From the IMG/VR virus record IMGVR_UViG_2541047719_000008: 55,177 bases of DNA; one strand, written 5' to 3'. The translations under genes were made by a program, and so were the position numbers. The notes under the pieces were generated by a model. That model saw only the letters and a list, made by a program, of their open reading frames with translations, was not told where the DNA came from and ran no database searches. This stretch comes from a virus. Taxonomy: Duplodnaviria; Heunggongvirae; Uroviricota; Caudoviricetes. This document shows positions 1 through 10,195 of the stretch, in pieces. Position 1 is the stretch's first letter. Each line of letters opens with the position of its first letter.

Positions 1-720
1 ATGTCAAAGTTAAAAAATGAACCATTAGTAAGGGTATCAGAAGAAGACGGAATAGAAATAAGGAAGATCCAATATCCAGATAATACGATAGAAAGAGTTT
101 ATAAGCAGAAAGGTGTAATATTACCACGAATACCTTTAAAAGGCCGCTTTGTAGAACAATATGTGGCCTTACAGTTGCTGGATAAAGATCTTCGGAATGT
201 TATTGGTTGGGAGAATATAATAAAAAACATTTGTAATAACATTAATAGAGAACAACACTTTATTTATCCTGATTTAGAAAAGAATCTAATATTAAAGTCT
301 TTATTTATATCAAAAGTTGTTACTTACGGTAAGTGTTTTACAGAGGCGAAAGGGCGTCGATTCACATTGCAGAGAAAGCATGTGCCAGAAAAATACAGAG
401 ATTTACATGATTCTATTATGAATGTTAGACATAACTTTGCTGCCCATAAAGGTGAATTTGAATATGATCAATGCGGCTTGGTTTTAATATTGCCTGGGAC
501 CAAGAAAAAAAGGTGCTATCATATTTTTTCAGAACTCAATCAAATAAATTACGGTAATAATGAGGAAGATGATGAACGTTTTTTTATGTTATATGATTCA
601 CTGCGTAAAGTCATTAAAGAAAAACGAGATAAATTAATTGAAAAAATATACGCTGAAAAGATTCATACTCAAACAATGGAGTATTGGTTGAGCCGAACAG
701 GAAAAGAAACAGAGATTTAA
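1..720 (+). CDS. Hypothetical protein, AT-rich ORF at window edge (may be 5'-truncated)
   Basis: 239-aa ORF starting at base 1; lysine/asparagine-rich, visibly AT-rich compared with the neighbouring phage genes; no recognisable motif. Confidence 0.35.
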   Translation: MSKLKNEPLVRVSEEDGIEIRKIQYPDNTIERVYKQKGVILPRIPLKGRFVEQYVALQLLDKDLRNVIGWENIIKNICNNINREQHFIYPDLEKNLILKSLFISKVVTYGKCFTEAKGRRFTLQRKHVPEKYRDLHDSIMNVRHNFAAHKGEFEYDQCGLVLILPGTKKKRCYHIFSELNQINYGNNEEDDERFFMLYDSLRKVIKEKRDKLIEKIYAEKIHTQTMEYWLSRTGKETEI

Positions 721-996
721 TTTGTTCAGTATATAAAAGCTAATTTTTAAGGAGTAATTTTCAGATGATTAAAGCTGATTACATTGCGATAGGTACTCTA
801 CGACTAACTTTTCAACAAGAGTAAGGGGGTAATCAATTTTATTTGTATCAATACATTTCTTGGCGATAATGTTTTGATCTTATCGATTCATGTCATATGG
901 TCATTGGTAACGTCCGCTCTTGGTAAAGAGTGGACGCTCAGATTAGGTTTGGCATCTAATCATAGATGTGTCAGCTCACATCTAAGCTAATACATA

Positions 997-1191
997 TTAA
1001 TCAATCACTCCCGCAAATCTGTAAATCTTGTGTGATGCCCATTTATTTGGGCAGGATTTAATATCAGGATCTGGAAAGTCAGGCCTGTATTTCTGGCCAG
1101 TTCTCCTGTTTACGCTGTTCCAGCGAAGAACTGTCGATACTGAAACACCACAGAAATCGGCGACTTGTTTAGTTGTCATTAAGTTGTTCAT
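997..1191 (-). CDS. AlpA/excisionase-family helix-turn-helix DNA-binding protein
   Basis: 64 aa; TTKQVADFCGVSVSTVLRW followed by FPDP matches the AlpA/Xis-type HTH pattern; last gene of the minus-strand early-left operon. Confidence 0.55.
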   Translation of the reverse strand: MNNLMTTKQVADFCGVSVSTVLRWNSVNRRTGQKYRPDFPDPDIKSCPNKWASHKIYRFAGVID

Positions 1192-1811
1192 TACTTCACC
1201 TCCTGCGGCGGCTCCGGTAGCGGCATCCAGTGGGTTACTTTCGATGCCGGTTCTTCCCCATTGTCAGTAACTGCCCACCATTTGTTTCTCGAACAATCGT
1301 AATACCCTTCGAAGGTATCGCACTCAGTCCAGCCGTAAGACTTACCCCAACACCAAACATACTGTTTATCGTTCGGCATTCGCTCACTACAGCTTATCCA
1401 ACCATCCGGAGTTACCGGAGAGTTGCCCGACAGCTCGTTCAACTTATAAGTCTGGCTTACAGGTTCGGCACCATTAAGCATGGAGGCGCGGCAGGCGTTC
1501 CAGCCTTCATCAAAGCCGACTATGCCATTATTTAAAGACGGACGAGCATCTGGCACCATCGGCACTGGCTTGGCTATATATAGCGGCTGAACATACCAGC
1601 CCTTTGATAACCAACTGTCAGCAATGTTTTTACTCCTCGTTATTGCCGGAATACCTAAGCCATTTTCTGAATGCAGCCATGCCACCGGCTCCTCTTCTAG
1701 CGATGCCAGAGCAATTTCATAAGCACGGCGCTCAATATCGTCTCGAACCTCTAGGCTGCTGATTCGTTCTTTGATTTCTTTAATCAGTTCTTTATTGGTA
1801 AATGTGGTCAT
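1191..1811 (-). CDS. DUF551-domain phage protein
   Basis: C-terminal Trp-rich segment ending THWMPLPEPP is typical of DUF551; start overlaps the stop of the downstream gene. Confidence 0.55.
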   Translation of the reverse strand: MTTFTNKELIKEIKERISSLEVRDDIERRAYEIALASLEEEPVAWLHSENGLGIPAITRSKNIADSWLSKGWYVQPLYIAKPVPMVPDARPSLNNGIVGFDEGWNACRASMLNGAEPVSQTYKLNELSGNSPVTPDGWISCSERMPNDKQYVWCWGKSYGWTECDTFEGYYDCSRNKWWAVTDNGEEPASKVTHWMPLPEPPQEVK

Positions 1812-2173
1812 TATGCTCCAGCCTCCGGCGCTTTTGGCATTACTGCCCAGTGAGTGATATTGAAGTTTTCAAGGTCCCCGACCTGAAATGTCCACTGCCA
1901 TTCTCCGGTTTCTTTTTGTCCCCAGGTGTACCAGAGAGAACGCCAGCCAATCAGCCAGCCTTCTCCGTTAGCATCAAATAACAGAACACTTTCATTTGCT
2001 GGTGGCAGTTCAGCTGACACTGGTATTATTTTGTTTTCCAGTGCCGCACATTTAGCTTCAAGCGCGTCGAATTTACGTACCAGGTACTCAGCATTTGTTT
2101 CGTTCACTTTCAGATCTCGCGGTACACATTTCCCGCGAAGAAACCCTTCCATTTCGAAAACATTCATGCGCAT
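1811..2173 (-). CDS. DUF551-like small phage protein
   Basis: 120 aa with C-terminal W-rich motif ending ITHWAVMPKAP; translationally coupled to its neighbours. Confidence 0.45.
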   Translation of the reverse strand: MRMNVFEMEGFLRGKCVPRDLKVNETNAEYLVRKFDALEAKCAALENKIIPVSAELPPANESVLLFDANGEGWLIGWRSLWYTWGQKETGEWQWTFQVGDLENFNITHWAVMPKAPEAGA

Positions 2174-2727
2174 TTGCGTAACTCCGATAACTCGTTAAAA
2201 CGTTCCATAAACATCCCGTAGGCATGGCTAGGTGCCAGTGGAATCACGTTGAACATCTCTGTTGCCGGGATGCCTTCCAGTACAGGCCAGAAAGAGCCAT
2301 CATCAAGCCCGAGATCGCGGCGTTCGGTTGCCAGCATGATAAGATCGGCATATTTCACGGGCGTACTCATAACTGGGGGTAACCCGTATTTCTCACGGAT
2401 TACGGCGTCAATTTTTTCTTCCATCCGTTTATAGTCAGGAAGAAGGCGTTTCAGTGGAGCGGGAATATCCTGGCAATACGCTTCTGTTGCATCATGCATT
2501 AACGCTTCAAAAGCAAATTCCTGCGGCACCAGCTGGCTGCAAAGCACCGCATGTTGGGCGACACTGTAGAAGTGAGAAAGATGACCGGCAAAGCGGCAGA
2601 TATTTGAAAGGGAAACCGCGATATCGTTAATCACGATGTCGTCTTTATTTATCTTGTCATAATAAAAATGCTTCCCGGAAAAAGTTTTAATAAATGACAT
2701 TTTGTTCTCCACGTATATGCGCTGCAC
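2164..2727 (-). CDS. HD-domain phosphohydrolase (YfdR-like 5'-deoxynucleotidase)
   Basis: H..H...HD metal-binding pattern (HFYSVAQHAV ... LMHDATEAY); length and context match the CPS-53 yfdR family. Confidence 0.55.
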   Translation of the reverse strand: MQRIYVENKMSFIKTFSGKHFYYDKINKDDIVINDIAVSLSNICRFAGHLSHFYSVAQHAVLCSQLVPQEFAFEALMHDATEAYCQDIPAPLKRLLPDYKRMEEKIDAVIREKYGLPPVMSTPVKYADLIMLATERRDLGLDDGSFWPVLEGIPATEMFNVIPLAPSHAYGMFMERFNELSELRKCA

Positions 2728-2827
2728 CGCGCTGAGTTTGGGTAAAAGGAAGCCCTCACCATCCGGTGATTATTGAGTTAATTACGTTTCCATAAATGCC
2801 CCCGCAGGGGCATTTGCAGTAATGAAA

Positions 2828-3652
2828 TCAGGCGGTGAAAGTACCAATAAAGGTTTCTACTTTGCTGTCTTTGAATTTCTCAACAAGCAGATCACGAAAT
2901 TCGTTAGCCATATCTTCCTGCACCGCTTCCAGCTGAATAATGCGCAGAACCAGTACAGGACGATCGCCAGTGATAATGCTGAGGCGTAATTTAAACGGAC
3001 GTTCTTTCAGACCTTCAAACGGAACGCATTTAAATTCAAATGCCACTGGCATAATGTCTTTGGTCTTCGCTTCGACAGATTCCATCAGGGAGCGTTTGCC
3101 GCTGAAGTCATTATCTTCAAAATCAGCGGTCTGGTTTGCTTCAATCGTGATTTTACGGACTGCCGCAGCCGCTTTTGTTGCCTGAATGGTGTCACCATTA
3201 GCATCAAAGCCCACAAGGTAGTCGGCCCAGTCTTCAATCCATTCTGCCAGTGACTTCTGGGAGTTACGCTCGCCGTTAACAGACAACAGGGCAGAGAACG
3301 GTGCTGTCTTTTTCAGTTTGAGAGTGGCGGTGTTATCTGCGTGACCTGGTTCATCAATAGTACCCAGGTTAAGTACACTGACGGCACGCATATTATCAGC
3401 ATCGATAAAGCAGCGGGTGCCTTCATCTGCAAGATCTTTAGAATAACGGGTAAAGTCATCGATGCTGGCAGTGGAAAGCGCACCACGGAAACGGAAGCGA
3501 TTTAAATTAAATTTTTCCAGATCATGAATGCGGAAATTCTCAGGCAATGCCACAGCATCGGCACCAATATTACTGATAATTTCATTAACACCCTGAGCAG
3601 AAATAAGGGCATGGATTTGATTAATTGCGGTTGCGTCTAAGTTCTGAGACAT
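2828..3652 (-). CDS. DUF2303 (YfdQ-like) prophage protein
   Basis: 274-aa ORF recognised from memory as resembling the YfdQ family of CPS-53; strong RBS-like spacing upstream. Confidence 0.5.
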   Translation of the reverse strand: MSQNLDATAINQIHALISAQGVNEIISNIGADAVALPENFRIHDLEKFNLNRFRFRGALSTASIDDFTRYSKDLADEGTRCFIDADNMRAVSVLNLGTIDEPGHADNTATLKLKKTAPFSALLSVNGERNSQKSLAEWIEDWADYLVGFDANGDTIQATKAAAAVRKITIEANQTADFEDNDFSGKRSLMESVEAKTKDIMPVAFEFKCVPFEGLKERPFKLRLSIITGDRPVLVLRIIQLEAVQEDMANEFRDLLVEKFKDSKVETFIGTFTA

Positions 3653-3717
3653 AATAAGTCCTCACTATATAAAGATATTCAGTGATGAGATAAATAATCA
3701 GTTAATTAAGAACGATA

Positions 3718-4080
3718 TTAATGACCTGCTGCGCGTAGTTTTCCGTCAGGTTCACCGGCAAGAGTCAGTAATTGTCCCTGGTCTTCCTGCAGAATAGTCA
3801 GGCGACCACCGCGATTGACATACATCGGCGTTTCGGTGGTGTCTTCTTCGGAAATTTTCCCGCGGTTAGTCGGGCGAACATATGAGAGTTTGTGTTTGAT
3901 TTTCACACGGTTCTCATCAAATGGTTCGATTTCCAGGTTGAGTGAGACCTTACCTTTGGTTTTCGTGTTCATCACACCGGAAGCGACTTCACTGAGAACT
4001 GCGCCGATTTTGGTTTCAAATACGCCGCCGTCCAGCTCCCCGATAAATGCCTGCACATCAGTACTGCGTTCGCTAGCCAT
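3718..4080 (-). CDS. Hypothetical early-left protein (start trimmed to internal Met MASERS)
   Basis: The long ORF to 4311 is GC-rich and low-complexity at its N-terminus; MASERSTDVQ with an upstream purine-rich RBS is the more plausible start. Confidence 0.4.
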   Translation of the reverse strand: MASERSTDVQAFIGELDGGVFETKIGAVLSEVASGVMNTKTKGKVSLNLEIEPFDENRVKIKHKLSYVRPTNRGKISEEDTTETPMYVNRGGRLTILQEDQGQLLTLAGEPDGKLRAAGH

Positions 4081-4710
4081 TTTGCTGCTCCTCATCATAT
4101 CGACCCTGCAAGGTCGGTTGGTTTCTCCACAAAACAGAGAAGAACACCTGCGGTGGCAGCCGCCCGGATGGATTGGGTTATGAGCCTGTCGTCCGGTGAT
4201 GCTCTTCTCTGTTTTGTAAAAAGAGCGGTACCAGCCGGAAGCAAGTGTACAAACTGGTACCGCCAAAGCAGTGGCTGTTGTGGTGGGGTTGTCACTCAGG
4301 CGTATGGTCAACCTGACAATCCGGTGTCCTCAACGGGGAAAGAGTAACCCCGCCATACTTACCGCCGCGCCATTTCGCGGATTACCACAACGCTGAGAGC
4401 ACTTAGCCAGTTACGGCACCACACTTTGTCGCGGCTCCATAAATGCCCTCATCGTTGCACCCTGGTCTCTTCCCAGGCGTCAAACCGGATCGCCACGCTG
4501 GTTAGGCGTCTTATCAGCATCATCATTGACTTGCACATTCCGGCTACCTGGTTTGTTTGCCCGAGCAAGAAGTGGATTGTCCCCTTTAACGTCCCCAGAC
4601 CGCTAACGACGCATGTGCCATACGCCGTGTTACAACCAAATTTTGTTTGAATCTTGCCTGCCTCATGTTTCTTTTGGATACATTATGTATCTCATGGGTA
4701 CATTGTCAAG

Positions 4711-4736
4711 TATAAAAAAACCTGCCGAAGCAGGTT
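4711..4736 (-). terminator. Rho-independent terminator downstream of the repressor gene
   Basis: Hairpin AACCTGC-CGAA-GCAGGTT; on the minus strand it is followed by a T-run (A-run 4714-4720 on plus), immediately 3' of the repressor stop. Confidence 0.55.
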
Positions 4737-4748
4737 CATAAATATTGA

Positions 4749-5423
4749 TTAGGCCTTTATTGTGTATCTTCTTGGTTTTCCCGAGAAAATCACTGTACCA
4801 ATTATAGAGCAATTACCGTTAATCTTAATGTAAGGCTCAGGCCAGTTTGGGTTTAATGCTTTGAGATAACGCTGTGTTCCATCTTCTATCAATCGCTTGA
4901 AGGTGGTTTCGCCTGTATCGTGCATCAATGCAATAACGTCGTCACCGTGGCAGGCAGGGACTTCGGGATCAACAAAAATCATGTCTCCAGGGCGGTACTC
5001 ATCAATCATTGAATCACCAATCACCCGCAAGATATAAGTCATTTCGCCACAGGGTACAGGGCAGGGATACGTTTCTGCTGTGCTCAAATCAACCTCAGAA
5101 TAGCCAACTTCTTTCCATGCTCCGGCCTGTACCCATGATATGACAGGGACTAACGTTATTTGTTTGTTAGTGATTGAAACATCAGGTTTTTTTGTGATGT
5201 TCGTTGTCTGGTGTTCTTGATCAAGCCATCCGACAGGCAGGTCGAAACATTTTTCGATGTGCCGTGCCATGCTGTCACCGATATTTTTAGTAGCGCCATC
5301 CCCCATAAACCTGCTGGTTTGGGTTGGCTCGCGATCAATCATGGTGGCAAAGGATGAATTTCCGCCAACACCATCTCTCAGTTTTCTGGCGTTAGACCGC
5401 CGGATGTCATGGATTGTTTTCAT
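4749..5423 (-). CDS. Prophage repressor, cI/LexA-like (HTH plus S24 peptidase domain)
   Basis: C-terminal VIGDSM ... PGD(M)IFVD matches the LexA/cI S24 self-cleaving domain; divergently arranged to a Cro-like gene. Confidence 0.75.
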   Translation of the reverse strand: MKTIHDIRRSNARKLRDGVGGNSSFATMIDREPTQTSRFMGDGATKNIGDSMARHIEKCFDLPVGWLDQEHQTTNITKKPDVSITNKQITLVPVISWVQAGAWKEVGYSEVDLSTAETYPCPVPCGEMTYILRVIGDSMIDEYRPGDMIFVDPEVPACHGDDVIALMHDTGETTFKRLIEDGTQRYLKALNPNWPEPYIKINGNCSIIGTVIFSGKPRRYTIKA

Positions 5424-5513
5424 AACGAAATTAAAACCTTTGTACCGATAAGGTACAAGTATCTTGAAGGTTCATTTCAATCATGTAATATGTATACCGG
5501 AGGTACATATTGT

Positions 5514-5714
5514 ATGAAAGCGTATTGGGACTCTTTAACCAAAGAACAGCAGGGCGAGTTGGCCGGAAAAGTTGGCTCAACACCTGGCTACTTACGGCTG
5601 GTTTTCAATGGTTATAAAAAAGCCAGTTTTGTGCTGGCGAAAAAACTTGAGCAATGCACGTCAGGTGCAATTACGAAATCTGACTTAAGACCGGATATCT
5701 ATCCGAAAGATTAA
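5514..5714 (+). CDS. Cro/YdaS-like HTH regulator
   Basis: 66 aa starting MKAYWDSL with GGAGG RBS upstream; divergent from the repressor. The tool ORF starts further upstream at 5409. Confidence 0.6.
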   Translation: MKAYWDSLTKEQQGELAGKVGSTPGYLRLVFNGYKKASFVLAKKLEQCTSGAITKSDLRPDIYPKD

Positions 5715-5745
5715 CAGAACACCTTCAATTTTTAACCACAGAACG

Positions 5746-6309
5746 ATGAGGCTAACCGTGGGTAAGTATCACTGGAAAGTAGAAAAACAGCCTGAGTGGT
5801 ACGTGAAAGCTGTCAGAAAAACTATCGCAGCGTTGCCGGGTGGTTACGCTGAAGCAGCTGACTGGCTGGATGTAACAGAGAACGCATTATTTAACCGCCT
5901 TCGTGCCGATGGCGATCAGATTTTCCCGCTGGGATGGGCAATGGTTTTACAGCGCGCGGCTGGCACTCACTACATTGCGGATGCTGTCGCACAGTCTGCT
6001 GGTGGGGTGTTCGTATCGCTTCCTGAAATTGAGGAAGTAGAGAACGCCGATATAAACCAGCGCCTGCTGGAAGTCATCGAACAGATCGGGAATTACTCAA
6101 AGCAGATTCGTTCGGCAATCGAAGATGGGGTCGTGGAGCCACACGAGCAGACAGCAATTAATGATGAGTTGTATCTGTCAATTTCGAAGCTCCAAGAGCA
6201 TGCAGCACTGGTCTACAAAATCTTTTGCGCTCCAGAAAAGAGTGACGCCCGCGAGTGTGCAGCTCCGGGCGTCGTGGCGTTTTGTGTCTGTGGAGAAACT
6301 AACGCATGA
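5746..6309 (+). CDS. Hypothetical regulator in CII/YdaT position
   Basis: 187 aa directly after cro; assignment by position only. Confidence 0.4.
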   Translation: MRLTVGKYHWKVEKQPEWYVKAVRKTIAALPGGYAEAADWLDVTENALFNRLRADGDQIFPLGWAMVLQRAAGTHYIADAVAQSAGGVFVSLPEIEEVENADINQRLLEVIEQIGNYSKQIRSAIEDGVVEPHEQTAINDELYLSISKLQEHAALVYKIFCAPEKSDARECAAPGVVAFCVCGETNA

Positions 6310-7142
6310 ACAGTTTAACGGCAAATAACCGTTTGTCGCAACAGCTGGTGGTCAGTGTCGCTGAACACCTGTTGTTACGGCATGAATGCAGATTACCAAA
6401 TTACCTGGCTGTAAGTAACCACAGAGAACTTTACCTGACTGTGGGGGGCGAGTTGTGCGGGAACTTAACCGCTGGTTTCGTGACGGAAGAGGGCTTTATG
6501 TCCATGTTATTCGTTGGGAACCAGAAACACAGCGCGTTATCTATCTTCGCAAAGACTACCCGCATGAGTGCTTTAGTCCTTTGTGGAAATTCAGGCGTGA
6601 TTTTGTTGAGTGTGAAGGACCACCAGCACATTGATTCTGCCATTCCGGGACGTTACACTGTTCAGGCACCTTATAAAGCGGGTGACGGGATTGGCGTCCT
6701 GGAAATGTTATCGGCGATATATGACGCGCCAGCGTCTTTTTTATCGTCTGCGTCTGTGCACACCCAAATTATGGTGGGCTGGACGGGGGCACCGAAAGGT
6801 GCGCCGGTTTCCGATAACGCCGGTTACGCCAACCCCGTTCAGTTCACCACCAGCGAAATTGGCGTTTCCGGTGGTGAAGGTAATTCACTGTTATCGGAGG
6901 CTGCCATCATGGCTACTGTCCCAGCCCTCACTCGTCTGAATGATGAAGACTTACATAAACTCAGTTATGTAACAACTGCACTACGTGCTCTGCGCAAGGT
7001 AACTCTTTCGGATCCGCAGGCGCATCAGGTTTTGGTAGAAACCCTTCTTAACTTGCAGGCTGAACGTATTCGTCTGGCGGATAAGGCTAATTTTCATATT
7101 CACCGTCTCCTGAATATCAGCGGAGGGCATCGTCATGCTTAA
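6306..7142 (+). CDS. Hypothetical protein of the replication region
   Basis: 278-aa ORF overlapping the stop of the upstream gene; no motif recognised. Confidence 0.35.
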   Translation: MNSLTANNRLSQQLVVSVAEHLLLRHECRLPNYLAVSNHRELYLTVGGELCGNLTAGFVTEEGFMSMLFVGNQKHSALSIFAKTTRMSALVLCGNSGVILLSVKDHQHIDSAIPGRYTVQAPYKAGDGIGVLEMLSAIYDAPASFLSSASVHTQIMVGWTGAPKGAPVSDNAGYANPVQFTTSEIGVSGGEGNSLLSEAAIMATVPALTRLNDEDLHKLSYVTTALRALRKVTLSDPQAHQVLVETLLNLQAERIRLADKANFHIHRLLNISGGHRHA

Positions 7143-7328
7143 TCCGTTGATCCTCAATATTTGCCGTTTGCTTCAGCGTAAAAAAACATCAATTCCTACA
7201 GTTGGGCAGTGGTACACCACGCCTGCAGGGCATGTTCTACGTGTTAGCCTGGTTGACCGTGAATGTCAGAAGGTGATTTGTGAACCGCTGGGCCGTAATT
7301 ACCGCATCAGTATGCCGCTTATAGCCTT

Positions 7329-8186
7329 TTGCTCCGGAAAAAACATGAAGCATCTCGGAGGTGCAGCATGAGTATGGAGCTGATGGTTAAAGCGATGAAA
7401 ATTCGAGTGGGTAATCCATTGCGAAAACTGGTTCTGATCAAGCTGGCTGATAATGCCAGCGATCAGGGTGAGTGCTGGCCCAGCTACCAGCATATTGCTG
7501 ACCAGTGCGAGATTAGCAAACGTTCTGTGATGAATCATATTGCGGCCCTTTGTGATTCCGGGCTGGTAAAAAAAGTCACCCGGAAAGGTGAAAAAGGTAA
7601 CTCAAGTAATATCTATCTCCTTCATCTTGATGGTGCAGGAGATTCACTAGGGGGTAGTGCAAATAATTCACTATCTGGTGCAGCAAATTCACCAGGTAGT
7701 GCAGGAGTTGCACCAGGGGGTGGTGCAGGAGATTCACCCAGAACCAGTCACTCTTTTGAACCAGTCAAAGAACCAGTCAATGAACCAATAGCTGTTGGTG
7801 CATCTGCTGATGAGTCTGTGCGAGTTCGTTCAAACCGACCGGAATACTCTCCGGAGTTTGAGCAGGCATGGCTGGCATACCCCAAACGTGCTGGTGGCAA
7901 TTCAAAATCTGCAGCCTTCAAAGCCTGGAAAGCCCGTTTGAATGAGGGGGTAAAACCCGAAACCATGCTGGAAGGTGTGAAACGCTACGCGGGCTGGGTA
8001 TCTGCGATGGGTAACAGCGGCACACAATTTGTGAAACAGGCTGTCACGTTCTTTGGTCCGGATCGTCATTTCGAAGAATCCTGGGAAGTTCCTGCGGTAT
8101 CTGCAGCCAGACGCGAGGACCCGTACTTCAAAGCCAGTTACGACAACGTGGACTACAGCCAGATCCCGGCAGGATTCAGGGGATAA
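7329..8186 (+). CDS. Putative replication initiation protein with N-terminal winged-helix domain
   Basis: N-terminal CWPSYQHIADQCEISKRSVMNHIAALCDSGLV is typical of phage replisome-organiser HTH domains; followed by a Gly/Ser-rich linker. Confidence 0.5.
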   Translation: MLRKKHEASRRCSMSMELMVKAMKIRVGNPLRKLVLIKLADNASDQGECWPSYQHIADQCEISKRSVMNHIAALCDSGLVKKVTRKGEKGNSSNIYLLHLDGAGDSLGGSANNSLSGAANSPGSAGVAPGGGAGDSPRTSHSFEPVKEPVNEPIAVGASADESVRVRSNRPEYSPEFEQAWLAYPKRAGGNSKSAAFKAWKARLNEGVKPETMLEGVKRYAGWVSAMGNSGTQFVKQAVTFFGPDRHFEESWEVPAVSAARREDPYFKASYDNVDYSQIPAGFRG

Positions 8187-8188
8187 TC

Positions 8189-8677
8189 ATGAGTCTTTTG
8201 AATGAAGTTCAGAAATTCATTGAAGCCCATCCGGGGTGTACTTCCGGAGACATTGCGGATGCTTTTGCAGGTTACTCACGGCAGCGCGTTCTGCAGTCTG
8301 CAAGCAAGTTACGTCAGAGTGGGCGTGTGGCTCACCGTTGTGAAGGATATACACGCAGACATTTCCCGCGCCTGACTGAGAGAGCGCAGGAGCCGGAACC
8401 ACAACCAGTTCGTGAAACCAGACCTGTGCGCAATTTCTATGTCGGCACTAACGATCCCCGGGTGATTTTGTGCCTGACCCACCAGGCTGAAGAACTGGAG
8501 TCCAGGGGCTTATACCGTCGTGCTGCAACCGTGTGGATGGCGGCATTCCGTGAAAGCCACTCCCAGCCAGAACGAAACAATTTTCTGGCACGTCGTGAGC
8601 GGTGCTTACGGAAAAGCAGCAAGCGCGCTGTATCGGGTGATGAGTGGTATCTGTCAGGGAATTACGTGGGGGCTTAA
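8189..8677 (+). CDS. PerC-like transcriptional activator domain protein
   Basis: AEELESRGLYRRAATVWMAAF matches the PerC-family signature seen in prophage nin regions. Confidence 0.45.
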   Translation: MSLLNEVQKFIEAHPGCTSGDIADAFAGYSRQRVLQSASKLRQSGRVAHRCEGYTRRHFPRLTERAQEPEPQPVRETRPVRNFYVGTNDPRVILCLTHQAEELESRGLYRRAATVWMAAFRESHSQPERNNFLARRERCLRKSSKRAVSGDEWYLSGNYVGA

Positions 8678-9330
8678 TGAGTAATAAATATTGCCAGGAG
8701 CTGGTGGAGCTGCGGAACAAACCAGCCCATGAACTGAAGGAAGTGGGCGATCAGTGGCGCACGCCGGATAACATTTTCTGGGGAATTAACACCCTGTTTG
8801 GCCCGTTTGTCCTGGATCTGTTTACTGACGGTGATAACGCCAAATGTACCGCGTATTACACGGCGGAAGACAACGCGCTGGCGCATGACTGGTCAGAACG
8901 TCTTGCGGAGCTTAAAGGTGCTGCCTTTGGTAATCCCCCATACAGCCGCGCCAGTCAGCATGAGGGGCAATACATCACCGGCATGCGTTACATCATGAAA
9001 CATGCCAGTGCCATGCGTGATAAAGGCGGGCGCTATGTTTTCCTGATCAAAGCTGCCACCAGCGAAGTGTGGTGGCCGGAAGATGCAGATCATATTGCTT
9101 TTATTCGCGGGCGTATTGGTTTTGAACTGCCTGCCTGGTTTATCCCGAAAGATGAGAAGCAGGTGCCGACAGGCGCTTTCTTCGCTGGTGCTATTGCTGT
9201 TTTCGACAAGACCTGGAAGGGACCGGCAATCAGCTACATCGGGCGCGATGAACTTGAGGCATGTGGTGAGGCGTTTCTGGCGCAGGTTCGCCAGCAGGCG
9301 GAAAAACTGGTCAGGGAGATGGCGGCATGA
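8644..9330 (+). CDS. Phage DNA N6-adenine methyltransferase (Dam family)
   Basis: GNPPYSR catalytic motif (NPPY/DPPY class). Alternative start at 8677 overlaps the upstream stop (TAATG). Confidence 0.8.
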   Translation: MVSVRELRGGLMSNKYCQELVELRNKPAHELKEVGDQWRTPDNIFWGINTLFGPFVLDLFTDGDNAKCTAYYTAEDNALAHDWSERLAELKGAAFGNPPYSRASQHEGQYITGMRYIMKHASAMRDKGGRYVFLIKAATSEVWWPEDADHIAFIRGRIGFELPAWFIPKDEKQVPTGAFFAGAIAVFDKTWKGPAISYIGRDELEACGEAFLAQVRQQAEKLVREMAA

Positions 9331-9653
9331 CGACTTTAACTCAATGCCAGCAGCAGGTGCTGGATATGCTGATTTCTTATCAGAAAGAACGTGGCTTCCC
9401 GCCAACCAATCAGGAGGTGGCAACCATGCTGGGATACCGTTCAGTGAATGCAGCGGTGGAGCATCTTCGCGCACTGGAGAAAAAAGGCGTCATCACGATA
9501 AAGCGTGGTGTGGCCCGGGGGATCACGCTTCATACCGTGGTGAAGGACGACGACAGCGAGGCGGTCGGGATTATCCGCTCACTGCTTGCCGGTGAGGAAA
9601 ACGCCAGGCTGCGTGCAGCCCACTGGTTACATGAGAGGGGCCTGAAAGTATGA
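9327..9653 (+). CDS. LexA-type winged-helix DNA-binding protein (N-domain only)
   Basis: LTQCQQQVLDMLISYQKERGFPPTNQEVATMLGYRSVNAAVEHLRALEKKG matches the LexA DNA-binding domain; no peptidase domain present. Confidence 0.6.
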   Translation: MTTLTQCQQQVLDMLISYQKERGFPPTNQEVATMLGYRSVNAAVEHLRALEKKGVITIKRGVARGITLHTVVKDDDSEAVGIIRSLLAGEENARLRAAHWLHERGLKV

Positions 9654-10045
9654 AGCTGATCCTGCCTTTTCCGCCCAGCGTGAACACGTACTGGCGACAC
9701 CCCAACAAAGGGGCGTTTGCTGGTAAGAGCCTGATAAGCGCGGCGGGGCGAAAATTCCAGAGCGCGGCGTGTGCAGCAATAGTTGAGCAGTTACGTCGTC
9801 TGCCAAAACCAACGTCGGCACCTGCTTCAGTGGAGATCGTGTTGTTTCCTCCGGATAACCGGATCCGCGATCTGGACAACTATAACAAGGCGCTGTTTGA
9901 CGCCCTGACCCACGCGGGTGTGTGGGAAGACGACAGTCAGGTGAAAAGAATGCTGGTGGAGTGGGGACCGGTTATCCCGGAGGGGAAGGTCGAGATCACT
10001 ATCAGTAAGTACGAAAAAGCGAGTTGCAAATTAGCAACTCGGTAA
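9650..10045 (+). CDS. rusA: Holliday junction resolvase RusA
   Basis: 131 aa with PPSVNTYWR ... RDLDNYNKALFDALT, closely matching RusA. Confidence 0.85.
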   Translation: MKLILPFPPSVNTYWRHPNKGAFAGKSLISAAGRKFQSAACAAIVEQLRRLPKPTSAPASVEIVLFPPDNRIRDLDNYNKALFDALTHAGVWEDDSQVKRMLVEWGPVIPEGKVEITISKYEKASCKLATR

Positions 10046-10195
10046 CGGAATTGAGCAACACCCTAAATTTGGGTATTACCTCGTTAAAGATACTGTATTT
10101 ATGAACAGTGTATCCTTGATAACTATTAAAAATCGCAGTAAGTTCATCCTGCATCAACGAAAAGGGAGTGCAGTCCCGCTCGTGGATAAAAATTT

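Noticed and set aside
6631-6939. 102-aa ORF overlapping the 6306-7142 gene in another frame
   Set aside because: Arg/Trp-rich, out-of-frame overlap of a longer ORF; no start signal.
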